Positions 48,201 to 58,408 of a DNA stretch of 64,000 nt are shown here, piece by piece. The notes beneath the pieces are model-generated. The model searched no databases and was not told the DNA's origin. It worked only from the letters and a program-made list of their open reading frames with translations. The stretch lies in assembly GCF_017348835.2 (NCBI RefSeq), contig NZ_CP071375.1; one strand, 5' to 3'. Position 1 is the first letter of the stretch. Each line of letters begins with the position of its first letter. This DNA comes from Escherichia coli (lineage in GTDB: Bacteria > Pseudomonadota > Gammaproteobacteria > Enterobacterales > Enterobacteriaceae). A program made the translations under genes and the position numbers.

Positions 48201-48907
48201 TCGAACTCGTGATTGTATCGCGTCTCCTTGAATATCCGGATGCTGCCTTATGGCAGCATCAACAAGAGATGTTTGAGGCGATTGCCGCGTCGAAAAATCT
48301 GCCAAAAGAGGATGCCCATGCGCTGGGCATTTTCCTGCGCGATTTAACGACGATGGATCCGCTCGATGCCCAGGCGCAGTACAGCGAACTGTTCGACCGT
48401 GGCCGCGCCACGTCACTGTTGCTGTTTGAACATGTGCACGGCGAATCCCGCGACCGCGGCCAGGCGATGGTGGACCTGCTGGCGCAGTACGAGCAGCACG
48501 GCTTGCAGTTAAACAGCCGCGAATTGCCGGATCATCTGCCGCTGTATCTGGAGTACCTGTCGCAGCTGCCGCAAAGCGAAGCCGTGGAAGGTTTGAAAGA
48601 TATCGCGCCGATTCTGGCATTGCTGAGCGCGCGTCTGCAACAGCGTGAAAGCCGTTATGCCGTGCTGTTTGATCTGCTGCTGAAATTGGCCAATACCGCT
48701 ATCGACAGCGACAAAGTGGCGGAAAAAATTGCCGACGAAGCGCGCGATGATACGCCGCAGGCGCTGGATGCTGTCTGGGAAGAAGAGCAGGTTAAATTCT
48801 TTGCTGACAAAGGCTGCGGTGATTCAGCAATCACTGCTCATCAGCGTCGCTTTGCCGGTGCCGTCGCGCCGCAATATCTGAATATCACCACCGGAGGACA
48901 GCACTAA
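48197..48907 (+). CDS. narJ: nitrate reductase assembly chaperone
   Basis: 236 aa [27 protein letters not shown]...; matches NarJ. Confidence 0.95.
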   Translation: MIELVIVSRLLEYPDAALWQHQQEMFEAIAASKNLPKEDAHALGIFLRDLTTMDPLDAQAQYSELFDRGRATSLLLFEHVHGESRDRGQAMVDLLAQYEQHGLQLNSRELPDHLPLYLEYLSQLPQSEAVEGLKDIAPILALLSARLQQRESRYAVLFDLLLKLANTAIDSDKVAEKIADEARDDTPQALDAVWEEEQVKFFADKGCGDSAITAHQRRFAGAVAPQYLNITTGGQH

Positions 48908-49584
48908 TGCAATTCCTGAATATGTTCTTCTTTGATATCTACCCGTACATAGCCGGGGCGGTCTTCCTGATTGGTAGCTGGCTGCGTTATGACTACGGGC
49001 AGTACACCTGGCGCGCGGCGTCCAGCCAGATGCTGGATCGCAAAGGGATGAACCTGGCGTCGAACCTGTTCCATATCGGTATTCTGGGGATTTTTGTCGG
49101 TCACTTCTTCGGTATGTTGACGCCGCACTGGATGTATGAAGCCTGGCTGCCGATTGAAGTGAAACAGAAAATGGCGATGTTTGCTGGTGGTGCCAGCGGC
49201 GTGCTGTGTCTGATTGGCGGCGTGCTATTGCTCAAACGCCGCCTGTATAGCCCGCGCGTGCGTGCAACCACTACCGGAGCGGATATCCTGATCCTGTCGC
49301 TGCTCGTTATCCAGTGCGCGCTGGGCCTGCTGACCATTCCATTCTCCGCTCAGCATATGGACGGTAGCGAGATGATGAAACTGGTTGGCTGGGCGCAGTC
49401 GGTGGTGACCTTCCACGGTGGCGCTTCTCAACACCTCGATGGTGTGGCGTTTATCTTCCGTCTGCACCTGGTGCTGGGGATGACGTTATTCCTGCTGTTC
49501 CCATTCTCGCGTCTGGTACACATCTGGAGCGTACCGGTGGAGTATCTGACACGTAAGTACCAGCTGGTGCGCGCTCGTCACTAA
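48907..49584 (+). CDS. narI: nitrate reductase A gamma subunit (cytochrome b)
   Basis: 225 aa membrane protein; matches NarI. Confidence 0.95.
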   Translation: MQFLNMFFFDIYPYIAGAVFLIGSWLRYDYGQYTWRAASSQMLDRKGMNLASNLFHIGILGIFVGHFFGMLTPHWMYEAWLPIEVKQKMAMFAGGASGVLCLIGGVLLLKRRLYSPRVRATTTGADILILSLLVIQCALGLLTIPFSAQHMDGSEMMKLVGWAQSVVTFHGGASQHLDGVAFIFRLHLVLGMTLFLLFPFSRLVHIWSVPVEYLTRKYQLVRARH

Positions 49585-49605
49585 GCGAATTTTAGTTCAC
49601 ATAGA

Positions 49606-49628
49606 CCCTGCTTCGGCGGGGTTTTTTT
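49606..49628 (+). terminator. rho-independent terminator after narI
   Basis: ccctgcttcggcgggg hairpin followed by ttttttt. Confidence 0.7.
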
Positions 49629-49644
49629 ATGGGCACGGTGCGGG

Positions 49645-49705
49645 GTGAGTTGTCGGATGCGCTTCGCTTATCCGACCTACAGGGGAGGATATTGTAGGTC
49701 CGGTA
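49645..49705. repeat. REP/BIME-like palindromic element
   Basis: gtcggatgcgcttcgcttatccgacctaca ... tgtaggtccgg resembles REP palindromic units. Confidence 0.5.
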
Positions 49706-49766
49706 AACGTGGTGCCATCGGGCAAAATTAGCTCGGAGTAACAGGTTTTGATTATTTCAGGAAGCG

Positions 49767-49945
49767 ATGGTGGTGGGGGAAGGATTACTCAGCGCTGCGC
49801 GCTTCGCCCTTCGGGTCGTTGCCTGCGGCAACGCTCTCTCGCTGGCGCTCGAGTCGAACCTTGGTCGAAGCTTCTCGTCCTTCCCCGCTTGGGCAGAATA
49901 TTAATTTACGGATTCGCTTGAGAGTTCAGGTACTTTTGAAAGTGA
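49767..49945 (-). repeat. tyrT-distal repeat unit (about 179 bp) carrying a copy of the tRNA-Tyr 3' end
   Basis: tggtggtgggggaaggatt at 49767 repeats the tRNA 3' end found at 49946; spacing 179 bp; corresponds to the repeat family downstream of tyrT (rtT/tpr region). Confidence 0.6.
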
Positions 49946-50030
<85 letters not shown>

Positions 50031-50064
50031 AGGGGTAATTCAAATTTCGAGGTAATGCTTGAGA

Positions 50065-50149
<85 letters not shown>

Positions 50150-50192
50150 ACGGGGTAATGCTTTTTACTGGCCTGCTCCCTTATCGGGAAGC

Positions 50193-50235
50193 GGGGCGCA
50201 TCATATCAAATGACGCGCCGCTGTAAAGTGTTACG
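50193..50235 (-). promoter_or_regulatory. tyrT promoter (-35 TTTACA, -10 TATGAT, GC-rich discriminator)
   Basis: Minus strand reads TTTACAgcggcgcgtcatttgaTATGATgcgccccgcttccc with 16-bp spacer, about 41 nt upstream of mature tRNA 5' end. Confidence 0.8.
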
Positions 50236-50308
50236 TTGAGAAAAATGAACTGGTTGCGTAATTTTCATCCGTAACGGATTAAAGGTAACCAGTTATTTTT
50301 GCTGGCGA

Positions 50309-51151
50309 TTAAAGAATAATCGTCCGATTACCGTAAACAAAGACGCGCTGCGCCAGTACTTTGTAGAGCGCGCGACTTAAGACGTTTTTCTCGACGTCAC
50401 GACCTGCGCGCATCATATCTTCAGCTGTGTAGGTATGATCGACATGAATAACGTCCTGCATGATGATTGGGCCTTCGTCCAGATTGTCATTCACATAGTG
50501 AGCGGTTGCGCCAATAATCTTCACGCCACGTTCATAGGCCTGGTGATAAGGACGTGCGCCGATAAACGCTGGCAGGAAGGAATGGTGAATATTGATGATC
50601 TTATTCGGGAAGCGTGACACAAATTCCGGTGTTAATACCCGCATATACTTCGCCAGCACCACGTAGTCAGGTTGATAAGCATCAATGGCATCCGCCATCT
50701 TTTGATCGTGCTCGTTGCGGCTTAACCCTTCATGGCTTACCAGCTCAAACGGAATATTAAAACGCTCAACCAGAGAACGCAAAGTATCGTGGTTACCAAT
50801 AACTGCCGCGATTTCGACATCCAGGCCGCCGTAATTGGCTTTCATCAACAAATCGCCAAGGCAATGAGCCTCTTTAGTGACCAGAATCACTATCCGGCGA
50901 CGACCGGCAGGATTCAGCTCACGCACGGAGCCTTCTGGCAATGCGCTATCGAGATCCGCCAGCAGGGTGGAATCATTAAAAATCCCTTCCAGTTCCGTGC
51001 GCATAAAAAAGCGCCCGGTACGGTGATCAACAAATTCATTGTTCTGTACGATATTTAACTCGTGCTTGTAGCAAATATTGGTAATACGTGCGATCAGACC
51101 TTTTTGGTCCGGACAAATAGTACGCAGAACTTTACGTTGGAGTGAATGCAT
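50309..51151 (-). CDS. purU: formyltetrahydrofolate deformylase
   Basis: 280 aa MHSLQRKVLRTICPDQKGLIARITNICYKHELNIV...; matches PurU. Confidence 0.95.
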   Translation of the reverse strand: MHSLQRKVLRTICPDQKGLIARITNICYKHELNIVQNNEFVDHRTGRFFMRTELEGIFNDSTLLADLDSALPEGSVRELNPAGRRRIVILVTKEAHCLGDLLMKANYGGLDVEIAAVIGNHDTLRSLVERFNIPFELVSHEGLSRNEHDQKMADAIDAYQPDYVVLAKYMRVLTPEFVSRFPNKIINIHHSFLPAFIGARPYHQAYERGVKIIGATAHYVNDNLDEGPIIMQDVIHVDHTYTAEDMMRAGRDVEKNVLSRALYKVLAQRVFVYGNRTIIL

Positions 51152-51200
51152 TGCTGGAAAAACCTTGTTGAGAGTGTTTGCTAAACCGTACCGTCAACCA

Positions 51201-51659
51201 TTATTGGCCGCAGCACTTTTTAAATTTTTTACCTGAACCACAAGGGCAGGGATCGTTGCGGCCAAACTGCGGACGTGTACCGTCAATATAGTACCATTGA
51301 CCGTTTTCTTTCAAAAATCGCGAACGTTCAATTATTGCACCTGTTTTGCCACCTTCGGTAAATCGCGCAACAAAACTAACAAATCCGATATTGTCGGCGT
51401 CCTGCCAACAATGTTCAAATACGGTCAATCCCAACCATTCAGTATGCGCAAATCCGGCAATCAATTCGGCACGTAACGCCGCTGCTCCACAAGATGGATG
51501 CCAGGTCTTTATTAAATAATCTGCGTCTTGCATCACAAAAGCGCAGTAACGCGAACGCATGAGATGTTCTGGATCAGGTGCAACCTTTTCACCAGACACA
51601 TAAGGGTGGCAACATAGGCTATACTCGACAGCACTACCACAGGGACAAAGCTGAGACAC
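51201..51659 (-). CDS. ychJ: SEC-C motif protein YchJ
   Basis: Conserved YchJ sequence from [19 protein letters not shown]...; C-terminal [14 protein letters not shown]; start inferred (GTG) within ORF track entry. Confidence 0.85.
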   Translation of the reverse strand: MSQLCPCGSAVEYSLCCHPYVSGEKVAPDPEHLMRSRYCAFVMQDADYLIKTWHPSCGAAALRAELIAGFAHTEWLGLTVFEHCWQDADNIGFVSFVARFTEGGKTGAIIERSRFLKENGQWYYIDGTRPQFGRNDPCPCGSGKKFKKCCGQ

Positions 51660-51771
51660 AAATAATCTCCCTGGAAACAATAACGGCGTATTAACCGCCT
51701 GAGTAGCACTATGTTAACCGAGCAGTAGCGATGTGGCTACGATTGCATTCCAGGGGAATCTTGCGGGAATA

Positions 51772-52677
51772 ATGAGAAAGATAAAAATAGGGCTGGCGCT
51801 GGGATCTGGCGCGGCGAGAGGTTGGTCGCATATTGGCGTTATTAATGCGCTAAAAAAAGTGGGTATTGAAATTGATATCGTTGCAGGATGTTCAATTGGT
51901 TCGCTGGTGGGCGCGGCCTATGCATGCGATCGATTATCTGCGCTGGAAGATTGGGTAACCTCTTTCAGTTATTGGGATGTTTTACGCCTGATGGATCTCT
52001 CCTGGCAGCGCGGTGGGTTACTGCGCGGCGAGCGTGTCTTCAATCAATACCGCGAAATAATGCCGGAAACAGAGATCGAAAATTGTTCCCGTCGCTTCGC
52101 GGCTGTTGCCACCAATTTAAGTACGGGGCGTGAATTATGGTTTACTGAAGGCGATCTCCATCTTGCTATTCGCGCATCATGCAGTATTCCAGGACTCATG
52201 GCACCCGTTGCGCATAACGGCTACTGGCTGGTTGATGGGGCAGTCGTTAACCCAATTCCTATTTCGCTCACGCGTGCATTGGGTGCTGATATTGTGATAG
52301 CGGTCGACCTGCAGCACGATGCTCATTTGATGCAACAAGATTTGCTCTCCTTTAATGTCAGTGAAGAAAATAGCGAGAATGGTGATTCTCTGCCGTGGCA
52401 TGCGCGTCTGAAAGAAAGGTTAGGCAGCATAACGACACGTCGGGCGGTGACAGCACCAACGGCAACAGAGATTATGACCACTTCTATCCAGGTGCTGGAG
52501 AACCGCCTTAAAAGGAACCGCATGGCAGGTGATCCGCCCGATATTCTGATTCAACCTGTTTGCCCGCAAATATCTACGCTTGATTTCCATCGCGCGCACG
52601 CTGCCATTGCGGCCGGACAGCTGGCAGTGGAAAAGAAAATGGACGAACTTTTGCCGTTGGTACGCACCAACATTTGA
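51772..52677 (+). CDS. rssA: patatin-like phospholipase RssA
   Basis: MRKIKIGLALGSGAARGWSHIGVINALKK... with GxSxG (GCSIGS); ORF track start 51733 is an extension. Confidence 0.9.
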   Translation: MRKIKIGLALGSGAARGWSHIGVINALKKVGIEIDIVAGCSIGSLVGAAYACDRLSALEDWVTSFSYWDVLRLMDLSWQRGGLLRGERVFNQYREIMPETEIENCSRRFAAVATNLSTGRELWFTEGDLHLAIRASCSIPGLMAPVAHNGYWLVDGAVVNPIPISLTRALGADIVIAVDLQHDAHLMQQDLLSFNVSEENSENGDSLPWHARLKERLGSITTRRAVTAPTATEIMTTSIQVLENRLKRNRMAGDPPDILIQPVCPQISTLDFHRAHAAIAAGQLAVEKKMDELLPLVRTNI

Positions 52678-52768
52678 CCAGAATTTTTATCTACACTTAA
52701 GTTAATTCTGACAGGCGCAGGTGGCAATAGCATGCCACTATTGAGTAAAGCCAGTCAGGGGAGAGAAC

Positions 52769-53782
52769 ATGACGCAGCCATTGGTCGGAAAACAGATTCT
52801 CATTGTTGAAGATGAGCAGGTATTTCGCTCGCTTCTGGATTCGTGGTTTTCCTCATTGGGAGCGACAACGGTACTGGCGGCTGATGGGGTGGATGCCCTT
52901 GAGTTGCTGGGAGGTTTCACTCCAGACCTGATGATATGTGATATCGCGATGCCACGAATGAACGGGCTTAAACTGCTGGAACATATACGCAACAGAGGTG
53001 ATCAGACACCGGTTCTGGTGATATCTGCCACCGAAAATATGGCAGATATTGCCAAAGCGTTACGTCTGGGCGTTGAAGATGTTTTGCTGAAACCAGTTAA
53101 AGATCTGAATCGCTTGCGCGAGATGGTTTTTGCCTGTCTCTATCCCAGCATGTTTAATTCGCGCGTTGAGGAAGAGGAAAGGCTTTTTCGCGACTGGGAT
53201 GCAATGGTTGATAACCCTGCCGCAGCGGCGAAATTATTACAGGAACTACAACCGCCGGTTCAGCAGGTGATTTCCCATTGCCGGGTTAATTACCGTCAAT
53301 TGGTTGCCGCGGACAAACCCGGCCTGGTGCTTGATATTGCCGCACTTTCGGAAAACGATCTGGCATTTTATTGCCTTGATGTAACCCGAGCTGGACATAA
53401 TGGCGTACTTGCTGCCTTGTTATTACGCGCATTGTTTAACGGATTATTACAGGAACAGCTTGCACACCAAAATCAACGGTTGCCAGAGTTGGGCGCGTTA
53501 TTGAAGCAGGTAAACCATTTACTCCGTCAGGCCAATCTGCCGGGGCAGTTTCCGCTATTAGTTGGCTATTATCATCGCGAACTGAAAAATCTCATTCTGG
53601 TTTCTGCGGGTCTGAATGCGACGTTAAATACCGGCGAACACCAGGTGCAAATCAGTAATGGTGTTCCGTTAGGCACTTTAGGTAACGCTTATTTGAATCA
53701 ATTGAGCCAGCGATGCGATGCCTGGCAATGCCAAATATGGGGAACCGGTGGTCGACTGCGCTTGATGTTGTCTGCAGAATGA
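52769..53782 (+). CDS. rssB: RpoS-degradation adaptor response regulator
   Basis: 337 aa; receiver domain (ILIVEDEQ...DIAMPRMNG) plus PP2C-like domain; matches RssB. Confidence 0.95.
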   Translation: MTQPLVGKQILIVEDEQVFRSLLDSWFSSLGATTVLAADGVDALELLGGFTPDLMICDIAMPRMNGLKLLEHIRNRGDQTPVLVISATENMADIAKALRLGVEDVLLKPVKDLNRLREMVFACLYPSMFNSRVEEEERLFRDWDAMVDNPAAAAKLLQELQPPVQQVISHCRVNYRQLVAADKPGLVLDIAALSENDLAFYCLDVTRAGHNGVLAALLLRALFNGLLQEQLAHQNQRLPELGALLKQVNHLLRQANLPGQFPLLVGYYHRELKNLILVSAGLNATLNTGEHQVQISNGVPLGTLGNAYLNQLSQRCDAWQCQIWGTGGRLRLMLSAE

Positions 53783-53983
53783 GCAAACGATAACGCGGGC
53801 TAAATTTGCATTACCTGCTAATGTCGGCTGGTGGTACTATCGTCGCCATTCGTATAAGTAATTGTCTTAATTATGCTAACTCGCCTCCTTTTCAGAACTT
53901 AGCCCCTTCGGGGTGCTGATATACTGGGATGCGATACAGAAATATGAACACGTTCAAAACACGAACAGTCCAGGAGAATTTAA

Positions 53984-54892
53984 ATGGCTGCCATTAATAC
54001 GAAAGTCAAAAAAGCCGTTATCCCCGTTGCGGGATTAGGAACCAGGATGTTGCCGGCGACGAAAGCCATCCCGAAAGAGATGCTGCCACTTGTCGATAAG
54101 CCATTAATTCAATACGTCGTGAATGAATGTATTGCGGCTGGCATTACTGAAATTGTGCTGGTTACACACTCATCTAAAAACTCTATTGAAAACCACTTTG
54201 ATACCAGTTTTGAACTGGAAGCAATGCTGGAAAAACGTGTAAAACGTCAACTGCTTGATGAAGTGCAGTCTATTTGTCCGCCGCACGTAACTATTATGCA
54301 AGTTCGTCAGGGGCTGGCGAAAGGCCTGGGACACGCGGTATTGTGTGCTCACCCGGTAGTGGGTGATGAACCTGTGGCTGTTATTTTGCCTGACGTTATT
54401 CTGGATGAATATGAATCCGATTTGTCACAGGATAACCTGGCAGAGATGATCCGCCGCTTTGATGAAACGGGTCATAGCCAGATCATGGTTGAACCGGTTG
54501 CTGATGTGACCGCATATGGCGTTGTGGATTGCAAAGGCGTTGAATTAGCGCCGGGTGAAAGCGTACCGATGGTTGGCGTGGTTGAAAAACCAAAAGCGGA
54601 TGTTGCGCCGTCTAATCTCGCTATTGTGGGTCGTTACGTACTTAGCGCGGATATTTGGCCGTTGCTGGCAAAAACCCCTCCGGGAGCTGGTGATGAAATT
54701 CAGCTCACCGACGCAATTGATATGCTGATCGAAAAAGAAACGGTTGAAGCCTATCATATGAAAGGGAAGAGCCATGACTGCGGTAATAAATTAGGTTACA
54801 TGCAGGCCTTCGTTGAATACGGTATTCGTCATAACACCCTTGGCACGGAATTTAAAGCCTGGCTTGAAGAAGAGATGGGCATTAAGAAGTAA
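53984..54892 (+). CDS. galU: UTP-glucose-1-phosphate uridylyltransferase
   Basis: 302 aa [35 protein letters not shown]...; matches GalU. Confidence 0.96.
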
Positions 54893-54916
54893 CATCCGTA
54901 TCGGTGTTATCCACGA

Positions 54917-54947
54917 AACGGCGTTGAGCAATCGACGCCGTTTTTTT
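54917..54947 (+). terminator. rho-independent terminator after galU
   Basis: aaacggcgttgagcaatcgacgccgttttttt. Confidence 0.7.
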
Positions 54948-54984
54948 ATAGCTTATTCTTATTAAATTGTCTTAAACCGGACAA

Positions 54985-55012
54985 TAAAAAATCCCGCCGA
55001 TGGCGGGATTTT
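54985..55012 (-). terminator. rho-independent terminator after hns (potentially bidirectional)
   Basis: aaaaaatcccgccgatggcgggatttta: GC hairpin with A-run on one side and T-run on the other. Confidence 0.7.
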
Positions 55013-55035
55013 AAGCAAGTGCAATCTACAAAAGA

Positions 55036-55449
55036 TTATTGCTTGATCAGGAAATCGTCGAGGGATTTACCTTGCTCATCCATTGCTTTTTTGATTACAG
55101 CTGGAGTACGGCCCTGGCCAGTCCAGGTTTTAGTTTCGCCGTTTTCGTCAACGTAGCTATATTTTGCCGGACGCTGAGCACGTTTAGCTTTGGTGCCAGA
55201 TTTAACGGCGGCAAGGCTATTCAGCAGCTCGTTCGGGTCAATACCGTCAGCGATCAGCATTTCGCGATATTGCTGCAGTTTACGAGTGCGCTCTTCAACT
55301 TCAGCAGCAGCCGCGCTTTCTTCTTCGCGACGTTCGTTAACAACAACTTCTAATTTTTCCAGCATTTCTTCCAGCGTTTCAAGTGTACATTCTCTTGCCT
55401 GCGCACGAAGAGTACGGATGTTGTTCAGAATTTTAAGTGCTTCGCTCAT
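55036..55449 (-). CDS. hns: nucleoid-associated protein H-NS
   Basis: 137 aa [41 protein letters not shown]...; matches H-NS. Confidence 0.97.
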
Positions 55450-56052
55450 TGTAGTAATCTCAAACTTATATTGGGGTGGTTTGTTGAGGTAATAATAGAG
55501 CCTTAAATTCAGTTGTGCAATAGCCAGGAATGTAAGGAATTCAAAATTGTTCTTTATTTTGTGCCGCCAATAAATATCTTTTCATAAAATTAGCCAGAAA
55601 AGACGCGGCATATAGCCCTATTTGTACCGATGATTTCGCAGCACGTGAGGTTAAAACTTCCTGATTCATGTCACATTTTATGGGGAGATTATCGTAGGCT
55701 GACGACCTTTCAGTCTTCTGTATTAGTCGTGTTTACGAGAATTCCCTATTAAGCGAATGATGAAAAGTAGAACAGTCGCAATAAGAGCAGGGACTTAGTA
55801 TTGCACTATCTCCTGGAGGTCAACAGAGGGCTATTACTTGCGCAACAGGTTAAAGATTGTGAATAGTTACCAGCAGTCATTTACCCGCTTATAACAAGCG
55901 AGGCAGTTGTAATGATAGCTCAGAAGGATTATGCAAGGCTTCGTAAGGGAGAACGCATATACCACTTCTGTGCATACTGTTGAGCTGAAAAACTGACGAA
56001 TTATGATAAACTCCAGCCAACTTTATTTCATATCATTGAGGGCCTGTGGCTG

Positions 56053-56670
56053 ATGGCACAGCTATATTTCTACTATTCCGCAATGAATGCGGGTAAGTCT
56101 ACAGCATTGTTGCAATCTTCATACAATTACCAGGAACGCGGCATGCGCACTGTCGTATATACGGCAGAAATTGATGATCGCTTTGGTGCCGGGAAAGTCA
56201 GTTCGCGTATAGGTTTGTCATCGCCTGCAAAATTATTTAACCAAAATTCATCATTATTTGATGAGATTCGTGCGGAACATGAACAGCAGGCAATTCATTG
56301 CGTACTGGTTGATGAATGCCAGTTTTTAACCAGACAACAAGTATATGAATTATCGGAGGTTGTCGATCAACTCGATATACCCGTACTTTGTTATGGTTTA
56401 CGTACCGATTTTCGAGGTGAATTATTTATTGGCAGCCAATACTTACTGGCATGGTCCGACAAACTGGTTGAATTAAAAACCATCTGTTTTTGTGGCCGTA
56501 AAGCAAGCATGGTGCTGCGTCTTGATCAAGCAGGCAGACCTTATAACGAAGGTGAGCAGGTGGTTATTGGTGGTAATGAACGATACGTTTCTGTATGCCG
56601 TAAACACTATAAAGAGGCGTTACAAGTCGGCTCATTAACGGCTATTCAGGAAAGGCATCGCCACGACTAA
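56053..56670 (+). CDS. tdk: thymidine kinase
   Basis: 205 aa [30 protein letters not shown]...; matches Tdk. Confidence 0.95.
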   Translation: MAQLYFYYSAMNAGKSTALLQSSYNYQERGMRTVVYTAEIDDRFGAGKVSSRIGLSSPAKLFNQNSSLFDEIRAEHEQQAIHCVLVDECQFLTRQQVYELSEVVDQLDIPVLCYGLRTDFRGELFIGSQYLLAWSDKLVELKTICFCGRKASMVLRLDQAGRPYNEGEQVVIGGNERYVSVCRKHYKEALQVGSLTAIQERHRHD

Positions 56671-56684
56671 TAAGAATTTCTTTA

Positions 56685-56727
56685 CTGACAGGGTGAGCAG
56701 GGCACTTTTATCCTGTCAGTTCGTTTT
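56685..56727 (+). terminator. candidate terminator after tdk
   Basis: Inverted repeat ctgacagg ... cctgtcag with 19-nt loop followed by ttcgtttt. Confidence 0.4.
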
Positions 56728-56941
56728 ACGCACTTCTTCCGGGCTATACACCCTTCTCGGCAGTTTTTTAACGCCGCTATACGCCTCACAGGGCTCTTAA
56801 GCACCGACGTTGACTTGTGACCTGTAAAGTACAGTATCCTGTGTTTAGGCGTTATACATCGTCGCAAATATGATGAAGGCTAATGCTGTCGGTTTATGGA
56901 AAAGTTGCTTTGGGTAAACAAAAAAACGGCCCCAGAAGGGG

Positions 56942-58367
56942 TAATGCCAGTCAGTTAAGCAACTGACTGGCTCTTTTTCGGGGCTGTGGGGTATTTCCAG
57001 GGCCTCTCCTTTACCACTCTCGGGAAGGCCCTTTCCCTTCTTGTCGGTAATTTCACAAGTTGTCCCATACTTGCAAGATCGCGCATCAGCTCCGGTATAC
57101 GTCCCGGTGAAGCGCCCTGCAATGTCATCAGCATTCTCATCACCATTCCGCATGATTCTGAGAAGCTCAGTTGATTTGGCCAGTAACCTTTCAGATGTTC
57201 CGCCATTTTAATCATCTGATATCTCACCAGATTATAAGCCAGTAAGACACCCCACAGCTCTTGCTCCACAAGCTCAGGCTTTTTACTTCTCAGCGTCAGC
57301 CTGCTCAGTTGCATCGTCTGTTTTATCTCCCTGTATCCCAGTTCGATTTCCCAGCGATGACTGTACAGATCCGCCATTTCTCCTCCGGGGAAGCGCATGG
57401 CGTCCGTCATCGACGTCAGCAGATGGCAGACTTTTCCTTTGCGCGTCACGGTCAGCAGGCGGGCTGTCACCTCATTTCCCAGTCCCGGCCACTTTTTTCG
57501 TGCCTGCGGGCTGGTTTTCAGCTTCACCAGATGATCGCCTTTACCCAGTTTTCTGATCTCTTCATATTGCGCTCCCTTTCTGAGAGGGATCATCCAGTGG
57601 CGGTGTTCTCCCGCCAGGCTCCAGGCATTTAACAATCCCAGTGAGTAATAACCTTTATCCATTAACGTCAGAGTGTTATCGCCGGTTTGTTCTATAAGTT
57701 GCTCAGCAAGCTCATTTTCGCTGTTCTTCATCGTGCCGAAGGCTGCAGCCGTCAGCAGATGGCTGGTCAGTTCCATCTGGCAGACCATTTTGACCTGCGG
57801 GTAGAGCGCCGGGGTCCCGGCATGTGTCTGGCGAGGGAAGGCTGCATCGTTCTCTGGTGTATCCGGTGTGCGCCAGAACACACCATCGATGGCCAGCAGG
57901 GTCAGGCCGCACCAGTGCGGATGCGGCGTGGCGTTATGCCAGAGCTGCGCTGTTTTCGTGAACACGCGGCGGACAGCCTCACTTCCCAGGCGCTGGCGGG
58001 CCTGAATAACAGCACTGGGGGCAACGAAGGTGCGATTGCCCGGCAGCATGATGTCCAGGCGATTCACAATCTGGTGAAGAGGTTCTTTACGCTCAAGCGC
58101 CATGCCAACAATACACCAGACCATCATTTCGAGGGGAAGACGGCGCTTGCGTAGCGTTACAGTACCTGATTCGGCAAGGCAACGAGAGATGAGTTCGGGG
58201 TCGAGGTAATCTCCCAGAGAAGTCAGTGGGTTACGCAGAGAATCGTAACGGGATACCAGATCAAGAGCCTGTCCAATGTGCATAAAAAAATCCGGAAACG
58301 AGTGAGCGTTTCCGGATTCTTACACAGCCACTGGATCGGTCAACTGATCCTTAACTGATCGGCATTA
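56942..58367 (-). mobile_element. IS4-like insertion sequence, copy 2 (1426 bp)
   Basis: Same terminal repeats and identical transposase ORF as copy 1; flanked by 12-bp direct repeats ccccagaagggg (56930-56941 and 58368-58379). Confidence 0.9.
56955..58283 (-). CDS. IS4-family transposase (DDE)
   Basis: 442 aa, identical in the ORF track to the 32204-33532 protein. Confidence 0.88.
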   Translation of the reverse strand: MHIGQALDLVSRYDSLRNPLTSLGDYLDPELISRCLAESGTVTLRKRRLPLEMMVWCIVGMALERKEPLHQIVNRLDIMLPGNRTFVAPSAVIQARQRLGSEAVRRVFTKTAQLWHNATPHPHWCGLTLLAIDGVFWRTPDTPENDAAFPRQTHAGTPALYPQVKMVCQMELTSHLLTAAAFGTMKNSENELAEQLIEQTGDNTLTLMDKGYYSLGLLNAWSLAGEHRHWMIPLRKGAQYEEIRKLGKGDHLVKLKTSPQARKKWPGLGNEVTARLLTVTRKGKVCHLLTSMTDAMRFPGGEMADLYSHRWEIELGYREIKQTMQLSRLTLRSKKPELVEQELWGVLLAYNLVRYQMIKMAEHLKGYWPNQLSFSESCGMVMRMLMTLQGASPGRIPELMRDLASMGQLVKLPTRRERAFPRVVKERPWKYPTAPKKSQSVA

Positions 58368-58408
58368 CCCCAGAAGGGGCCGTTTATGTTGCCAGACAGC
58401 GCTACTGA

